Below are positions 8,463 to 18,499 of a DNA stretch of 64,000 nt, piece after piece (positions within the stretch are counted from its first letter, which is position 1; the number at the start of each line of letters is the position of its first letter). Source of the DNA: Armatimonadota bacterium (GTDB lineage: Bacteria > Armatimonadota > HRBIN16); assembly GCA_963677485.1 (NCBI GenBank), contig OY781964.1, positions 4,128,001-4,192,000 of the forward strand, given 5' to 3'. The position numbers were made by a program, and so were the translations under genes. The notes under the pieces are model-generated. The model was not told where the DNA came from and ran no database searches. It was given only the letters and a program-made list of their open reading frames with translations.

Positions 8463-10580
8463 TTAGTCGCCGATGGCGCCAAAATGGCGGTCAATCACCA
8501 CGTAATCGAACAGGTTGACCTGTCCATCGCCGTCAAGGTCCGCCACGGGATCGCTGCTGTTGAAGCGGCTGTCTAGCTGCACATAGTCGAACAGGTTTAC
8601 CTGGCCGTCGCCATCGGCATCGCCGTTGACCAGCGCGGCGTTCAGGCTTTGTTCTGCCGCCACATTGCTTAGCTTCGTCGTTAAGAAGTGCGGGCTGGCG
8701 ATGCGGATGTCATATGGCGGCTGCAGATAGCTGGAGAGGTTGAAACGACCGTCTGGTTGTGGGATCAAGCTGAGGCACTGACTGACACTTGGGTCTGCAG
8801 TGCTGCTGACGTATGCCGTGAGCTGCCGCGAGGCCATACTGCCTGTGAAATCGCCCAGTTGCACCTGCCCGGAGAGCTGCTTCACGCCGCGGATGACTGT
8901 GGTAGTGTTGCGATACACATCAATTGCGAGGATGCCGTTATTGGGAGCTGGCACGGAATACACCTTGTTGTCATTGCTTCCCCAGATCACCAACGACCCG
9001 TCGCGCTTCAAACCGACCGCATGTTCGTATCCGATATCCGCAGCGATGAAATCCTGGTTGGGTTCTGGCACCGTATGATACCCCCAGTTGTTATAACCCC
9101 AGCAAACGATAGACCCATCTCTCTTCAATCCGATGGTGTTTCCGTAACCTGCGGATACTGACATGAAATCAATGTTTGGTGCCGGCACTACACAAGCATT
9201 ACCAAAGGATGAGCCCCAACAGACCACTGAACCATCACGCTTAATCGCGGCTGAATGGTGAGCTCCCGCAGAGATCGCCATAAACTCCTGGTTCGGTGCG
9301 GGTACCGTGCCTTTACCCGCTTCGTTCGATCCCCAGCAGAGGACAGAACCATCACGCTTCAATCCCATCGTATGGTCATCACCCGCAGAGACCGCCATAA
9401 AGTCCTGGTTTGGAGCCGGAACACTACACTGGCCGTCAGTATTCAGACCCCAACAAGCGATCGAGCCATCCTGTCGGAGTGCCGCTGTATAGCCGATACC
9501 TACGGTTATTGAGGTGAAGCCGCTGTTGGGTTCAGGAACACTACATTGTCCAACGTCGTTCTGTCCCCAGCAAACCACCGATCCGTCAGCTTTCAATCCT
9601 GCGGAGTGGTCGGTGGTGTAGGCTACACTCGTGAAGTCTTGATTGGGTGCAGGTATGTTCAACTGGCCACTGTAGGCAGCTCCCCAAAACACCAGTGTTC
9701 CATCGCGTTTCACCCCGACGGTGTATGAATAGGCAGATGAGACCGATGCGAAATCTTGGTTGGGAGCCGGCACATTGCACTGCCCCGTGTCATTCAATCC
9801 CCAGCAAACCACTGAACCGTCGCGTCTCACGGCGGACGTATATGAATCTCCAGCATCTATAAACGCAAAGTCCTGGTTAGGCACAGGAATGTCACATTGG
9901 TTGCGGTCGTTAGTTCCCCAGCATACCAGCGTTCCATCGCGCTTCAGGCCTACAGAAAAGCCGTTGCCCGCTGAGACGGCGGTAAATTCTGAATTTGGCA
10001 TGGGTACATTACACTCGCCGTTTGCATTGGTACCCCAGCAGACTACCGAACCATCACGCTTCAATCCGATAGAGTGGGTATAAGCTGTATCGACCGCAAC
10101 AATATCTTTATTAGGTGACGGTGTTGCTGATGAATTTCCCCAGCAGACTACCGAGCCATCACGTTTCAGTCCGACTGTCTGCGTAAAGCCAATAGCGATG
10201 GCAGTGTAATCGATGTATGACGGAGGGTAGCTGCTTGGTATGCCAATGAATACTATTGTACCATCGCGTTTTATCCCATATGTTCCCGACCCCCCTGTGG
10301 ACACAGCCGTGAAACCGCGATTTGGTGAGGGCAATACACAGTTGTTGTTTAGATTAGAACCCCACAAGACGATGCTTCCATCCCGTTTCAGGCCTGCGCA
10401 GGAGCTTGATCCCGCTGCCACAGCAGAAAACCCGCTGAGTTCGCCCGGTACACTAACTTGATAACCCCAAGTCTCGATGGTCCCACCTAGTGCCAACGAT
10501 CGCGAACTGCAGTAAATCACCATGAGTAAAGAGATACACCATACCGGGATACCGATCAGTAATGCTTTCACGGACGTCAT
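8463..10580 (-). CDS. Secreted RCC1/BLIP-II beta-propeller repeat protein with C-terminal dockerin-like domain
   Basis: Signal peptide; about 14 copies of P.PN.DF.A.SAG..H..GLKRDGS.VCWG; twin GDADGDGQVNLFDY / DLDGDGQVNLFDY EF-hand-like motifs. Confidence 0.88.
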   Translation of the reverse strand: MTSVKALLIGIPVWCISLLMVIYCSSRSLALGGTIETWGYQVSVPGELSGFSAVAAGSSSCAGLKRDGSIVLWGSNLNNNCVLPSPNRGFTAVSTGGSGTYGIKRDGTIVFIGIPSSYPPSYIDYTAIAIGFTQTVGLKRDGSVVCWGNSSATPSPNKDIVAVDTAYTHSIGLKRDGSVVCWGTNANGECNVPMPNSEFTAVSAGNGFSVGLKRDGTLVCWGTNDRNQCDIPVPNQDFAFIDAGDSYTSAVRRDGSVVCWGLNDTGQCNVPAPNQDFASVSSAYSYTVGVKRDGTLVFWGAAYSGQLNIPAPNQDFTSVAYTTDHSAGLKADGSVVCWGQNDVGQCSVPEPNSGFTSITVGIGYTAALRQDGSIACWGLNTDGQCSVPAPNQDFMAVSAGDDHTMGLKRDGSVLCWGSNEAGKGTVPAPNQEFMAISAGAHHSAAIKRDGSVVCWGSSFGNACVVPAPNIDFMSVSAGYGNTIGLKRDGSIVCWGYNNWGYHTVPEPNQDFIAADIGYEHAVGLKRDGSLVIWGSNDNKVYSVPAPNNGILAIDVYRNTTTVIRGVKQLSGQVQLGDFTGSMASRQLTAYVSSTADPSVSQCLSLIPQPDGRFNLSSYLQPPYDIRIASPHFLTTKLSNVAAEQSLNAALVNGDADGDGQVNLFDYVQLDSRFNSSDPVADLDGDGQVNLFDYVVIDRHFGAIGD

Positions 10581-10657
10581 ATCATACCCTCCACGGATCA
10601 GATTCGATTTGGTGCCGGCGATGGAATATGCCAGCGGTTCAGGTGTTCTAAAGATTC

Positions 10658-12769
10658 TCAGTCGCCGATGGCGCCAAAATGGCGGTCAATTACCACGTAA
10701 TCGAACAGGTTGACCTGCCCATCGCCGTCAAGGTCAGCCATGGGGTCATTGCTGTTGAAGCGGCTGTCTAGCTGCACATAGTCGAACAGGTTCACCTGAC
10801 CGTCGCCATCGGCATCGCCGTTGACAAGCGCTGCGTTCAGGCTTAGTTCTGCGGCCATATTGCTTAGCCTCGCTGTCAGGAAGTGCGGACTAGCGATGCG
10901 GATGTCATATGGCGGCTGCAGATAGCTGGAGAGGTTGAAACGGCCATCTGGTTGTGGGATCAAGCTTAGGCACTGGCTAACACTCGGGTCCGATGTGTTG
11001 CTGACATATGCCGTGAGCTGCCGCGAGGCCATACTGCCTGCAAAGTCGGTCAGTTGCACCTGCCCAGAAAGCGACTTGAGGCCACGGATGATGGCTGATG
11101 AACCACCGTTGGCTCTGATCGCCAGGATCCCGCTATTTGGGTTCGGTATGACAGAAGGGCCACTGTCATATGACCCCCAGAAGACTGCAGTTCCGTCACG
11201 CTTCAAACCTATTGCATGACCTCGACCCATGGCGATGGCCGTAAAGTCCTGGTTGGGTTCTGGTATTCTGGAAAGATAGGTGTCATTGGGCCAGATGACG
11301 ATCGAACCATCCCGCTTCAATCCTAAAGTGAATCTTTCTCCTGCAGAAACAGCCATGAAGTCACTATTGGGCTCAGGCACCGTTCGTATGGCTGAGGTAC
11401 CACCCCAGCACACGACAGAGCCATCACCCTTCAGTCCGGCAGCGTGATTAACACCTGCAGATATCGCCACAAAACCCTGATTCGGGATAGGCAAGCTGGT
11501 GTCGCTGCTTGATGTATCTCCCCAGTCCACCACTGAACCGTCACTTTTCAAACCTACCGTGTGAGCACCGGAAGTAGATACAGCAACGAAGTCTTGGTTA
11601 GGTGCTGGTACAATTAAGCCATTATTGTTTGGGCTTCCCCAACACACTATCATTCCGTTACGTCTCAAAGCCACCATGTGTCCATTCCCTGCGGATACCG
11701 ATATAAAGTCATTGTTTGGCGCAGGCACGTTGCACTGACCAACATCATTCATTCCAAAGCAGGTGATCGAACCATCCTTTCGCAATACTGCGGTATTGTA
11801 AGCCGCCACAGATACATCGATGATCTCCTCATTCGGAACCGGCAGGCCACACTCTCCATCTTGAGACCCCCATGATACCACCGTGCCGTCGCGCTTCACT
11901 CCGCAGGAGTGAGCGTATCCTGCACTGATGGAAGCCCAATCACGATTAGGTTCCGGAACTACACACTGTTTGTCCGTATTATATCCCCAGCAGACGATTG
12001 ATCCATCGCTCTTCAGACCCATGATATGCCCGGCGCCGGCACTAATTGATACGAAGTCTGCATTTGGCACGGGCACATCACGCTGACCACAAGCATCACT
12101 ACCCCAGATCACCACTGATCCGTCACGTTTTAGTCCAACTGCGAACTCAGCGCCAGCACTAATCGCTACAAAGTCTTGGTTAGGTTGAGGCACGTTGCAC
12201 TGTCCTGCACTATTGTCACCCCAACAAACCACCGATCCATCATTCTTAAGTCCCACATTAAAGGTCATGCCCGCAGAAACAGCACTGAAGTTTTCGTTAG
12301 GCTCAGGTGTGATATAGTTTGTGGGATAGCTGTCTCCCCAACAAATGATTTTGCCTTCAACTGTCAGTCCTGCCATATGCGAAAATCCCGCTGCAATAGC
12401 AGTGAATTTCTGGTCCGGGTTCCTATAACCAAAGCTACCCCAGCAAACCACCGTGCCGTCAGTCTTCAATCCTGCAGAGAACCTGAATCCTGAAACCACG
12501 GAGGTAAAACCACTGTTAGGTAAGGGAATTTTACATTGTTCTTGTCCGCTATACCCCCAACCGACAAGGCTGCCGTCGCGCTTCAGGCCTATTGTGTCCA
12601 TATATCCTGCAGTAACGGAGCGGAAACCTGTCAGTTGGCCTGGTGCCAGAACCCGCATGCCCCAGGTTTCCACAGTTCCACCCTGGGCGAAGCAGGCCGC
12701 GGTGGACATCAGAAGGAAAACAGTTGTTACTGACTTGCGGCAAAGAGACAAAAGCTGCGGCAGATGCAT
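10658..12769 (-). CDS. Secreted RCC1/BLIP-II repeat protein with C-terminal dockerin-like domain (tandem paralog)
   Basis: Same architecture as 8463..10580; last ~140 aa nearly identical. Confidence 0.88.
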   Translation of the reverse strand: MHLPQLLSLCRKSVTTVFLLMSTAACFAQGGTVETWGMRVLAPGQLTGFRSVTAGYMDTIGLKRDGSLVGWGYSGQEQCKIPLPNSGFTSVVSGFRFSAGLKTDGTVVCWGSFGYRNPDQKFTAIAAGFSHMAGLTVEGKIICWGDSYPTNYITPEPNENFSAVSAGMTFNVGLKNDGSVVCWGDNSAGQCNVPQPNQDFVAISAGAEFAVGLKRDGSVVIWGSDACGQRDVPVPNADFVSISAGAGHIMGLKSDGSIVCWGYNTDKQCVVPEPNRDWASISAGYAHSCGVKRDGTVVSWGSQDGECGLPVPNEEIIDVSVAAYNTAVLRKDGSITCFGMNDVGQCNVPAPNNDFISVSAGNGHMVALRRNGMIVCWGSPNNNGLIVPAPNQDFVAVSTSGAHTVGLKSDGSVVDWGDTSSSDTSLPIPNQGFVAISAGVNHAAGLKGDGSVVCWGGTSAIRTVPEPNSDFMAVSAGERFTLGLKRDGSIVIWPNDTYLSRIPEPNQDFTAIAMGRGHAIGLKRDGTAVFWGSYDSGPSVIPNPNSGILAIRANGGSSAIIRGLKSLSGQVQLTDFAGSMASRQLTAYVSNTSDPSVSQCLSLIPQPDGRFNLSSYLQPPYDIRIASPHFLTARLSNMAAELSLNAALVNGDADGDGQVNLFDYVQLDSRFNSNDPMADLDGDGQVNLFDYVVIDRHFGAIGD

Positions 12770-13036
12770 TTGAGATACCCTCGTTTACTATGTTATGACC
12801 CGATATTACCTGCAGATACAGCGAGCACAAGCAAGGAAGTGTCACATCAACGAAACACCGTGTGACCGTATACAGTCAGTAGTTTACATCAAATAGGTAA
12901 GAAAGGGAAACCATCGGATGCGAATTATTGAGACGAGTGATACTGATCATCTTGACGCTGTTACTTCAACTTTGTGCCCGTGATGGTTCAGCCACTCCTT
13001 ATCGGCTAATATGGAACTGATCTCGGTCTTCGGAGG

Positions 13037-13981
13037 GTGAATACCATGCGTCCACTGCTTCGCGAATACTTGCTCCGCCTACTGCTGGTGCTGAGCACGG
13101 GTGTGATATTCGTCGTGTTCTCCGAGCTGATGTTTTGGGGACGCTACGACTTTGCGAAAAACATCCCTGCCGAATACTTGCACACTGTGCTGGCCTATTC
13201 GTTCATGGCCTGGGTGTTCCTTATTGTGGTGCGTCTGTTCCGTGTGCGCAGTCTGCATGCGCTGTTTATGGCCGGAGCGGTGTTCGGATGGCTGTGCGAA
13301 GGCATTTTTGTTCAGACGATGTATGATGACTTTCCAATAAAAATCTCCTTCACCGGTCTGGCCTGGCACGCGTTGTTGACGGTCTGCTGCGGTTGGTATC
13401 TGTTCCGCAGGTTGATGCTGATGGACAGCCCTCTGCCGACACTGAAGGTTTCCGTTTTGGCCGGGCTGATATGGGCATTGTGGTCAGTTTGGTGGTGGAT
13501 CACCAAAGGGTTGGTGTCTACACCGGACGAATATGCCGTTTACGCCATCATTACGACCGTGATGTTGATTGTGGGGCTCCGGGTGTCAGCGATGATACCC
13601 TCGGCGGTTTTCCGACCCTCGAAGGGTGATATCATAGTCACCATGCTTTTGGTGCTGCTGTTCTACCTATTAATAACCATCAGAGCGAACCATTTGGCAC
13701 TGACTGTTCTACCGGTCTGCATGGGATTAGCCTTTTACGCGCTGAACAAGAACAGGCAGGCTGAAACCGAACCTGATGTCCTTCAGCAGCTTGACGGTAG
13801 GGTTTACCCGTGGAACTATGCTGCCATTCTGGTGATGCCTGCCGTTTCGACGGCTGTATATGCGATTCTCTATTATGCGCACATACGGCTGCGGACAGGG
13901 CCTGTGTTCTACCTGGGTTTGACCACCGCGGGGTTCACCCTGTTCTTTTACAGCTTCATCCGGCTGGTGCGCAGAAGGTGA
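13037..13981 (+). CDS. Hypothetical multi-pass membrane protein
   Basis: 314-aa ORF with about 9-10 hydrophobic segments; GGAGG RBS. Confidence 0.75.
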   Translation: MNTMRPLLREYLLRLLLVLSTGVIFVVFSELMFWGRYDFAKNIPAEYLHTVLAYSFMAWVFLIVVRLFRVRSLHALFMAGAVFGWLCEGIFVQTMYDDFPIKISFTGLAWHALLTVCCGWYLFRRLMLMDSPLPTLKVSVLAGLIWALWSVWWWITKGLVSTPDEYAVYAIITTVMLIVGLRVSAMIPSAVFRPSKGDIIVTMLLVLLFYLLITIRANHLALTVLPVCMGLAFYALNKNRQAETEPDVLQQLDGRVYPWNYAAILVMPAVSTAVYAILYYAHIRLRTGPVFYLGLTTAGFTLFFYSFIRLVRRR

Positions 13982-14003
13982 GCTGGTGCACCATTCTGTG
14001 ATC

Positions 14004-14050
14004 GTCTGAACCGCGGATTACGCGCAATCCGCGTAATCCGTGGTTTAGAC
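14004..14050. repeat. REP-like 21-bp stem hairpin of the GTGGTTCAGAC family
   Basis: GTCTGAACCGCGGATTACGCG-caatc-CGCGTAATCCGTGGTTTAGAC, fully paired with two G-T wobbles. Confidence 0.8.
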
Positions 14051-14162
14051 AACATCACGCGGTTCGGACGAATCAACCTCCTCACACTTGAACTCAACGC
14101 CCAGAACGGGCACAATAAACACGCAATAGTCTCAAATTCGAACACACTATTAGGAGATTTCT

Positions 14163-15089
14163 GTGAATAACCTTGTGCTCACCCTTGCGGTGGGATTGAC
14201 CTTGCTGCCGTTCATTTGCCATGCCCAAACCGCTGTGGGGACCGGCTTCAGTACCAACCCGGATATGCAAATCGCCGCCGACATGGCCGCCTTTCAAGCG
14301 AAGCGTGAACTGAAAGGTGCGGCGCCGAAGCTAGTGCTGGTGGCCGATGGCTACCGCGGTGACAAGCAATTGATGCTGAACCGCATCGCGAAATACTTCC
14401 CAAAACAGACGATTTACGGCGGGATGAGCTTTGGTGCGATCTGTGACAAGGGCTTCGCACGCGGCAACAGCATCGCGGTGGTGGCGATCGCCGACCCTAA
14501 GATGAAGATCACCGCCGCGAGGGCCGATGGTGTGAAAGCCGATATGCACAAAGCGGGTGTGAGTATCGCCAACGGGCTGGGGTGCCAGGCGGGTTCCGCC
14601 GTGAGCGTGATGCTGATGGGCGACTGCCATGTGCCCACCGATCAGACGCTGGTGGAGGGTGTACAGAGCGTGTTGGGTGACAAACTGCCGATATACGGCG
14701 GCTCCACCTCCTTTGAGGCTGACAGTTACTATCAGGGCGTGGCACGCCGCGACTCGGCGTTCGGCATCGCCACTATGAACAGCAAGGCCGCCAGTGTGCT
14801 GGCCGGCGGCAGCGCGAACGAGAAAGAAGCACTCGCCTTGGCCCTCCAGAGCATGAAGACAGCACTGCAAACCAACGGCAACAACAAAATGCTGATGTTG
14901 TTTGAGTGTGCGGGTCGACAAGGGTTGTTCAGCGACTGCGACCTAGAGCGCCAGATATTGATGGCACAGATGGGTAAACAACTGCCGATCTTCGGCTTCT
15001 ACGGCTCAGGTGAGATCGGTCAGCCAGACGGCAGCAGCAAGTCTGAGGGCCGAGGCGTCCACGTCAGCGCAGCGGGTGTCGGCTGGTAG
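14163..15089 (+). CDS. FIST-domain protein with predicted signal peptide
   Basis: VGTGFS start, PIYGGS, FECAGR and PIFGFYGSGEI match FIST N/C motifs; hydrophobic N-terminus ending in CHA. Confidence 0.7.
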   Translation: MNNLVLTLAVGLTLLPFICHAQTAVGTGFSTNPDMQIAADMAAFQAKRELKGAAPKLVLVADGYRGDKQLMLNRIAKYFPKQTIYGGMSFGAICDKGFARGNSIAVVAIADPKMKITAARADGVKADMHKAGVSIANGLGCQAGSAVSVMLMGDCHVPTDQTLVEGVQSVLGDKLPIYGGSTSFEADSYYQGVARRDSAFGIATMNSKAASVLAGGSANEKEALALALQSMKTALQTNGNNKMLMLFECAGRQGLFSDCDLERQILMAQMGKQLPIFGFYGSGEIGQPDGSSKSEGRGVHVSAAGVGW

Positions 15090-15223
15090 GTTTGCCGCCC
15101 CATTGTCATCGGTCTTGAGCCACGAATGGCGGGGGAGCCTACGCAAGGACGCAAAGGTAGTTAAGTGGATTATTTGATATTCATACGCCATCCGGTTATG
15201 GGTTTGGTCACGGAAGTGTCTTG

Positions 15224-15393
15224 ATTGGCTATGTCCGGGGCGGTCTGTCAGTACGCCTGCGGAGGCCACTGTCTATTGACCGCGCCGGTCTTGTTCCCGA
15301 CACGGATCTTTCGTGGCTATCCGCCAGACCGGCGCGGTCTCGAGCCTTCTGCATCCGCTAACGTACGCACAGACCGCCCCGGACTTAGCCAAT
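15224..15393. mobile_element. MITE/REPIN-like element copy 1 (~170 bp)
   Basis: Terminal IR GGCTATGTCCGGGGCGGTCTGT / ACAGACCGCCCCGGAC.TAGCC and internal IR GACCGCGCCGGTCT / AGACCGGCGCGGTC; copies at 19916 and 52521. Confidence 0.8.
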
Positions 15394-15644
15394 ATAAGGG
15401 TGCGGATCAGTTACAACCTGGGCTGACTTGAAACCAAGAGCGGTGCTATCTCCCAACCGGTCCATGTAAAACCTGTGTAAATTACGTTGAATTACCGCCA
15501 GATGGCTGCCTTCATAGCGGAATATTGGTTACCGTGGTCATGAAATGCGTCTAATATATTGAAAGTGCTAAAGGGTAACTCCCGCAGCCTTCCCCGGCAC
15601 GATGGAGTGCTGAGAGTGAGCGACGGTGAACAGGAGGCCTTCAA

Positions 15645-16451
15645 ATGTCCCGTGACAAGCATCAGAGCGGTTTCACGCTAATAGAGCTGCTCGTAGTCAT
15701 CGCGATCATCGCGATATTAGCATCGATCCTCTTCCCTGTTTTCGGCACCGCCAGAGAACGGGCCAAGCAGATCAGTTGTATGAGCAATATCAAACAGATC
15801 GGGCTTGCCATCAGGCTTTATGCCGATGATGCTGATGGTGTTTTTCCAAATGGATGTTCCGGTGAAGAGGGCACCCCAACGCAGATGCCCAACTGGATCA
15901 TCAACAACACCGTGCCTGATCCAGCTCCAACCGCAGGACCAGGCGCAGTGGCCGGTGCCTGTGGCGATAATGCCCGGTTCTATAGGTTCTTGATGAACTA
16001 CCAGTTGGCCAACTACCTTAAAGCACCCAGCATGTGGTATTGCCCCAGCAGCCAAATAAGGATCACACCCGAAAACAAAGCTCAGGGGCTGCAGACTTAC
16101 GTTTGGGCGACAAACTGGATATACAACACGTGCGATGGAACTAACCCGTGCGTGAACTACGGCACTACGGCCGATCCTGAATACCGCAACCTATCGACTG
16201 ACCCTATGAGCGACTCCAGTAACTATGTATCTGAACGTATGCTGCTGGCCGACTACGGCTTGATGGGCTGGGACGGACCAGATGCACGCGACGACAACAA
16301 CAACCCGGTGACGGATCGAGCCAACAGACGCAACCACGACCGAGGTTACAATGTGGTCTATTTTGACGGACATGCAGGCTTGACTAAGTTTGGTCGGAAA
16401 TGGCTGACCACTCCGGCCACCGGTTGGCCTGCATCCATGGCACCTCAGTAA
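15645..16451 (+). CDS. Prepilin-type N-terminal cleavage/methylation protein with H-X9-DG C-terminus (DUF1559-like)
   Basis: [29 protein letters not shown]....C.SN.KQ; [14 protein letters not shown]. Confidence 0.9.
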   Translation: MSRDKHQSGFTLIELLVVIAIIAILASILFPVFGTARERAKQISCMSNIKQIGLAIRLYADDADGVFPNGCSGEEGTPTQMPNWIINNTVPDPAPTAGPGAVAGACGDNARFYRFLMNYQLANYLKAPSMWYCPSSQIRITPENKAQGLQTYVWATNWIYNTCDGTNPCVNYGTTADPEYRNLSTDPMSDSSNYVSERMLLADYGLMGWDGPDARDDNNNPVTDRANRRNHDRGYNVVYFDGHAGLTKFGRKWLTTPATGWPASMAPQ

Positions 16452-16506
16452 AGATATACGATGGTCCATGAGCCCATGTTGAAATGGGACAAGACCGAAC
16501 CATACA

Positions 16507-16532
16507 AGGGCAGGCCTCTGTGCCTGCCCTAC
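16507..16532 (-). repeat. REP-like palindrome (GTAGGGCAGGC-acaga-GGCCTGCCCT on minus strand)
   Basis: GTAG tetranucleotide followed by a GC hairpin, the classic REP layout; single copy in this window. Confidence 0.5.
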
Positions 16533-16827
16533 ACCGCATAACCTCGCCGGTCGTGTCCGGCTCTGCGCCACCAACGCTGTCCACCAAGCCATATCCCCCT
16601 GAACTAACTCTCTGCAAATATTCGTTCACAGTGATGGTTTTGTGCTTGAATGGTATTTCATGATACAATTCTACTGGACAATGCCCGTCCGTGACGCGCC
16701 GATTTACTGGGACTATCCACGAAGAATCCCCCGTGTCTCATCCTTTGAATCATCCGCCAGGCGGGCGATATCACTGTATCTGAGGCTGCCATATGCACCT
16801 CTATATCACTTCGAGAAGGCGAAAAAA

Positions 16828-17322
16828 ATGGAACTCTCAACTCAAAAGAGCATTCTAGACATCCTTGAGCGTGACGCTCGCACTACGACTGCACAGATTG
16901 CAGCCATGCTGGACATCAATGAGGCAGAGGCCGCCGCTGCCATTGCGAAACTCGAAGCAGATGGCATTATCCGGCGCCACAAAACCATTGTTGACTGGGA
17001 ACTTTTTGGTGATGAGCGCGTATATGCCTTCATCGATGTGCGTGTCAGTCCTGCCCGCGAGGTGGGATATGATGGCGTCGCTGAGCGCATCTACCGATTC
17101 CCGCAGGTTCATGCGGTCTACCTTGTTTCTGGTGGACAGGATCTTCGTGTCATCATCAGCGGACGAACCATGAAGGAGGTCGCCTCCTTCGTGTCGGAGC
17201 GTCTGGCGCCAATTGACCGGATCGAAGCCTGCAACACTCAGTTCATCCTGAAAAGATACAAAGAGGACGATGAGATATTCGGTGAGATGGAGACAGATAA
17301 CCGATTGGTGATGGCTCCATGA
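16828..17322 (+). CDS. Lrp/AsnC family transcriptional regulator
   Basis: ILDILERDAR.T..QIA HTH; GYDGVAERIYRFPQV...YLVSG; likely start ATG 16828. Confidence 0.9.
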   Translation: MELSTQKSILDILERDARTTTAQIAAMLDINEAEAAAAIAKLEADGIIRRHKTIVDWELFGDERVYAFIDVRVSPAREVGYDGVAERIYRFPQVHAVYLVSGGQDLRVIISGRTMKEVASFVSERLAPIDRIEACNTQFILKRYKEDDEIFGEMETDNRLVMAP

Positions 17323-18485
17323 AATCACTAAATACAGTAGTTGAACAGGTACCGCCCTCTGGCATACGGCGGTTTTTCGATGTAGCGGCGCAGATGCCCG
17401 AAGCGATCTCGCTGGGGGTGGGTGAGCCAGATTTCGTCACCCCGTGGCATATACGTGAGGCCGCGATCTACTCGATCGAACGCGGGATCACCAGTTACAC
17501 AAGTAACTATGGTCTGTTAAGCCTGCGGCAGCGCATCTCCGAGCATTTGGCCAATCGATATGATGTGCATTACCGGCCAGATGACCAAGTCTTGGTTACT
17601 GTGGGCGTCAGTGAGGGCCTTGATCTAGCTTTGCGAGTTCTGCTCAATCCAGGCGATGAAGTGATCTATTTTGAGCCCAGCTATGTCAGCTACGAGCCGT
17701 GTATTCTATTAGCTGGTGGTAAACCGGTTCCTGTGCCTACAAAGCGTGAAACCGGGTTTCAACCTGAGCCAGAGATGGTAGAGCAGATGATCACATCACG
17801 CACTAAGGCGATACTGGTGTGCTACCCGAATAACCCTACTGGGGTTGTGGCATCAAAGGAGAGTTTGGAGGCATTAATGAAAATAGCCATCAAACACGAC
17901 CTTTATGTGATATCGGATGAGATTTATGATCGTCTTACATATGATGCCATCCATACCTGCGTAGCTGCTTTGCCGGGTGCAGAGGAGCGTACGTTGTTGC
18001 TGGGTGGTTTCAGTAAAGCCTATGCCATGACCGGTTGGCGGCTGGGATGGGCATGTGCTCCAGCGCATATCATCGAAATGATGATGAAGATTCACCAGTA
18101 CACCATGTTATGTGCTCCCATCACTGCCCAAAAAGCGGCTGAAGAGGCGATTATGCACGGTGAAGACGAAGTGTTGCGCATGCATGATGAGTACGATAGA
18201 CGCCGAAGATACATTGTGAAGCGGCTAAATGAGATGGGATTGGACTGTCCGACGCCCAAAGGTGCATTTTATGTATTCCCATGTATCACCAGCACAGGTC
18301 TGACCAGTGAGGAGTTCGTAGAACGTCTCCTGCTCGAAGCTAAAGTGGCTGTCGTACCCGGTAACGTGTTTGGAGCGAGTGGAGAGGGGCATGTTCGTAT
18401 GAGCTATGCGTCTTCTTTACCACGAATAGAAGAGGCGATGTCTCGTATTGAGACTTTCGTTAACAAACTCACAATTTGCGTATGA
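17319..18485 (+). CDS. PLP-dependent aminotransferase class I/II
   Basis: ISLGVGEPDF, YPNNPTG, SDEIY, GFSKAYAMTGWRLG; ATGA overlap with the Lrp gene. Confidence 0.93.
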   Translation: MKSLNTVVEQVPPSGIRRFFDVAAQMPEAISLGVGEPDFVTPWHIREAAIYSIERGITSYTSNYGLLSLRQRISEHLANRYDVHYRPDDQVLVTVGVSEGLDLALRVLLNPGDEVIYFEPSYVSYEPCILLAGGKPVPVPTKRETGFQPEPEMVEQMITSRTKAILVCYPNNPTGVVASKESLEALMKIAIKHDLYVISDEIYDRLTYDAIHTCVAALPGAEERTLLLGGFSKAYAMTGWRLGWACAPAHIIEMMMKIHQYTMLCAPITAQKAAEEAIMHGEDEVLRMHDEYDRRRRYIVKRLNEMGLDCPTPKGAFYVFPCITSTGLTSEEFVERLLLEAKVAVVPGNVFGASGEGHVRMSYASSLPRIEEAMSRIETFVNKLTICV

Positions 18486-18499
18486 AGGAGACACACATT

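Noticed and set aside
8463-12769. Diversity-generating retroelement acting on the near-identical 3' ends
   Set aside because: No reverse transcriptase is present, both copies are coding, and the differences do not look adenine-specific.
1145-15200. Integron cassette array, prophage or ICE at tRNA-Pro
   Set aside because: No integrase, no convincing RYYYAAC...GTTRRRY attC sites at gene ends, no duplicated tRNA 3' end noticed, and no phage genes.
15560-15640. Possible riboswitch upstream of the prepilin-like gene (CGGCAC/GTGCTG hairpin, CTGAGAG)
   Set aside because: Only fragments resemble TPP or other aptamers. I could not fit a full consensus; an Rfam scan is needed.
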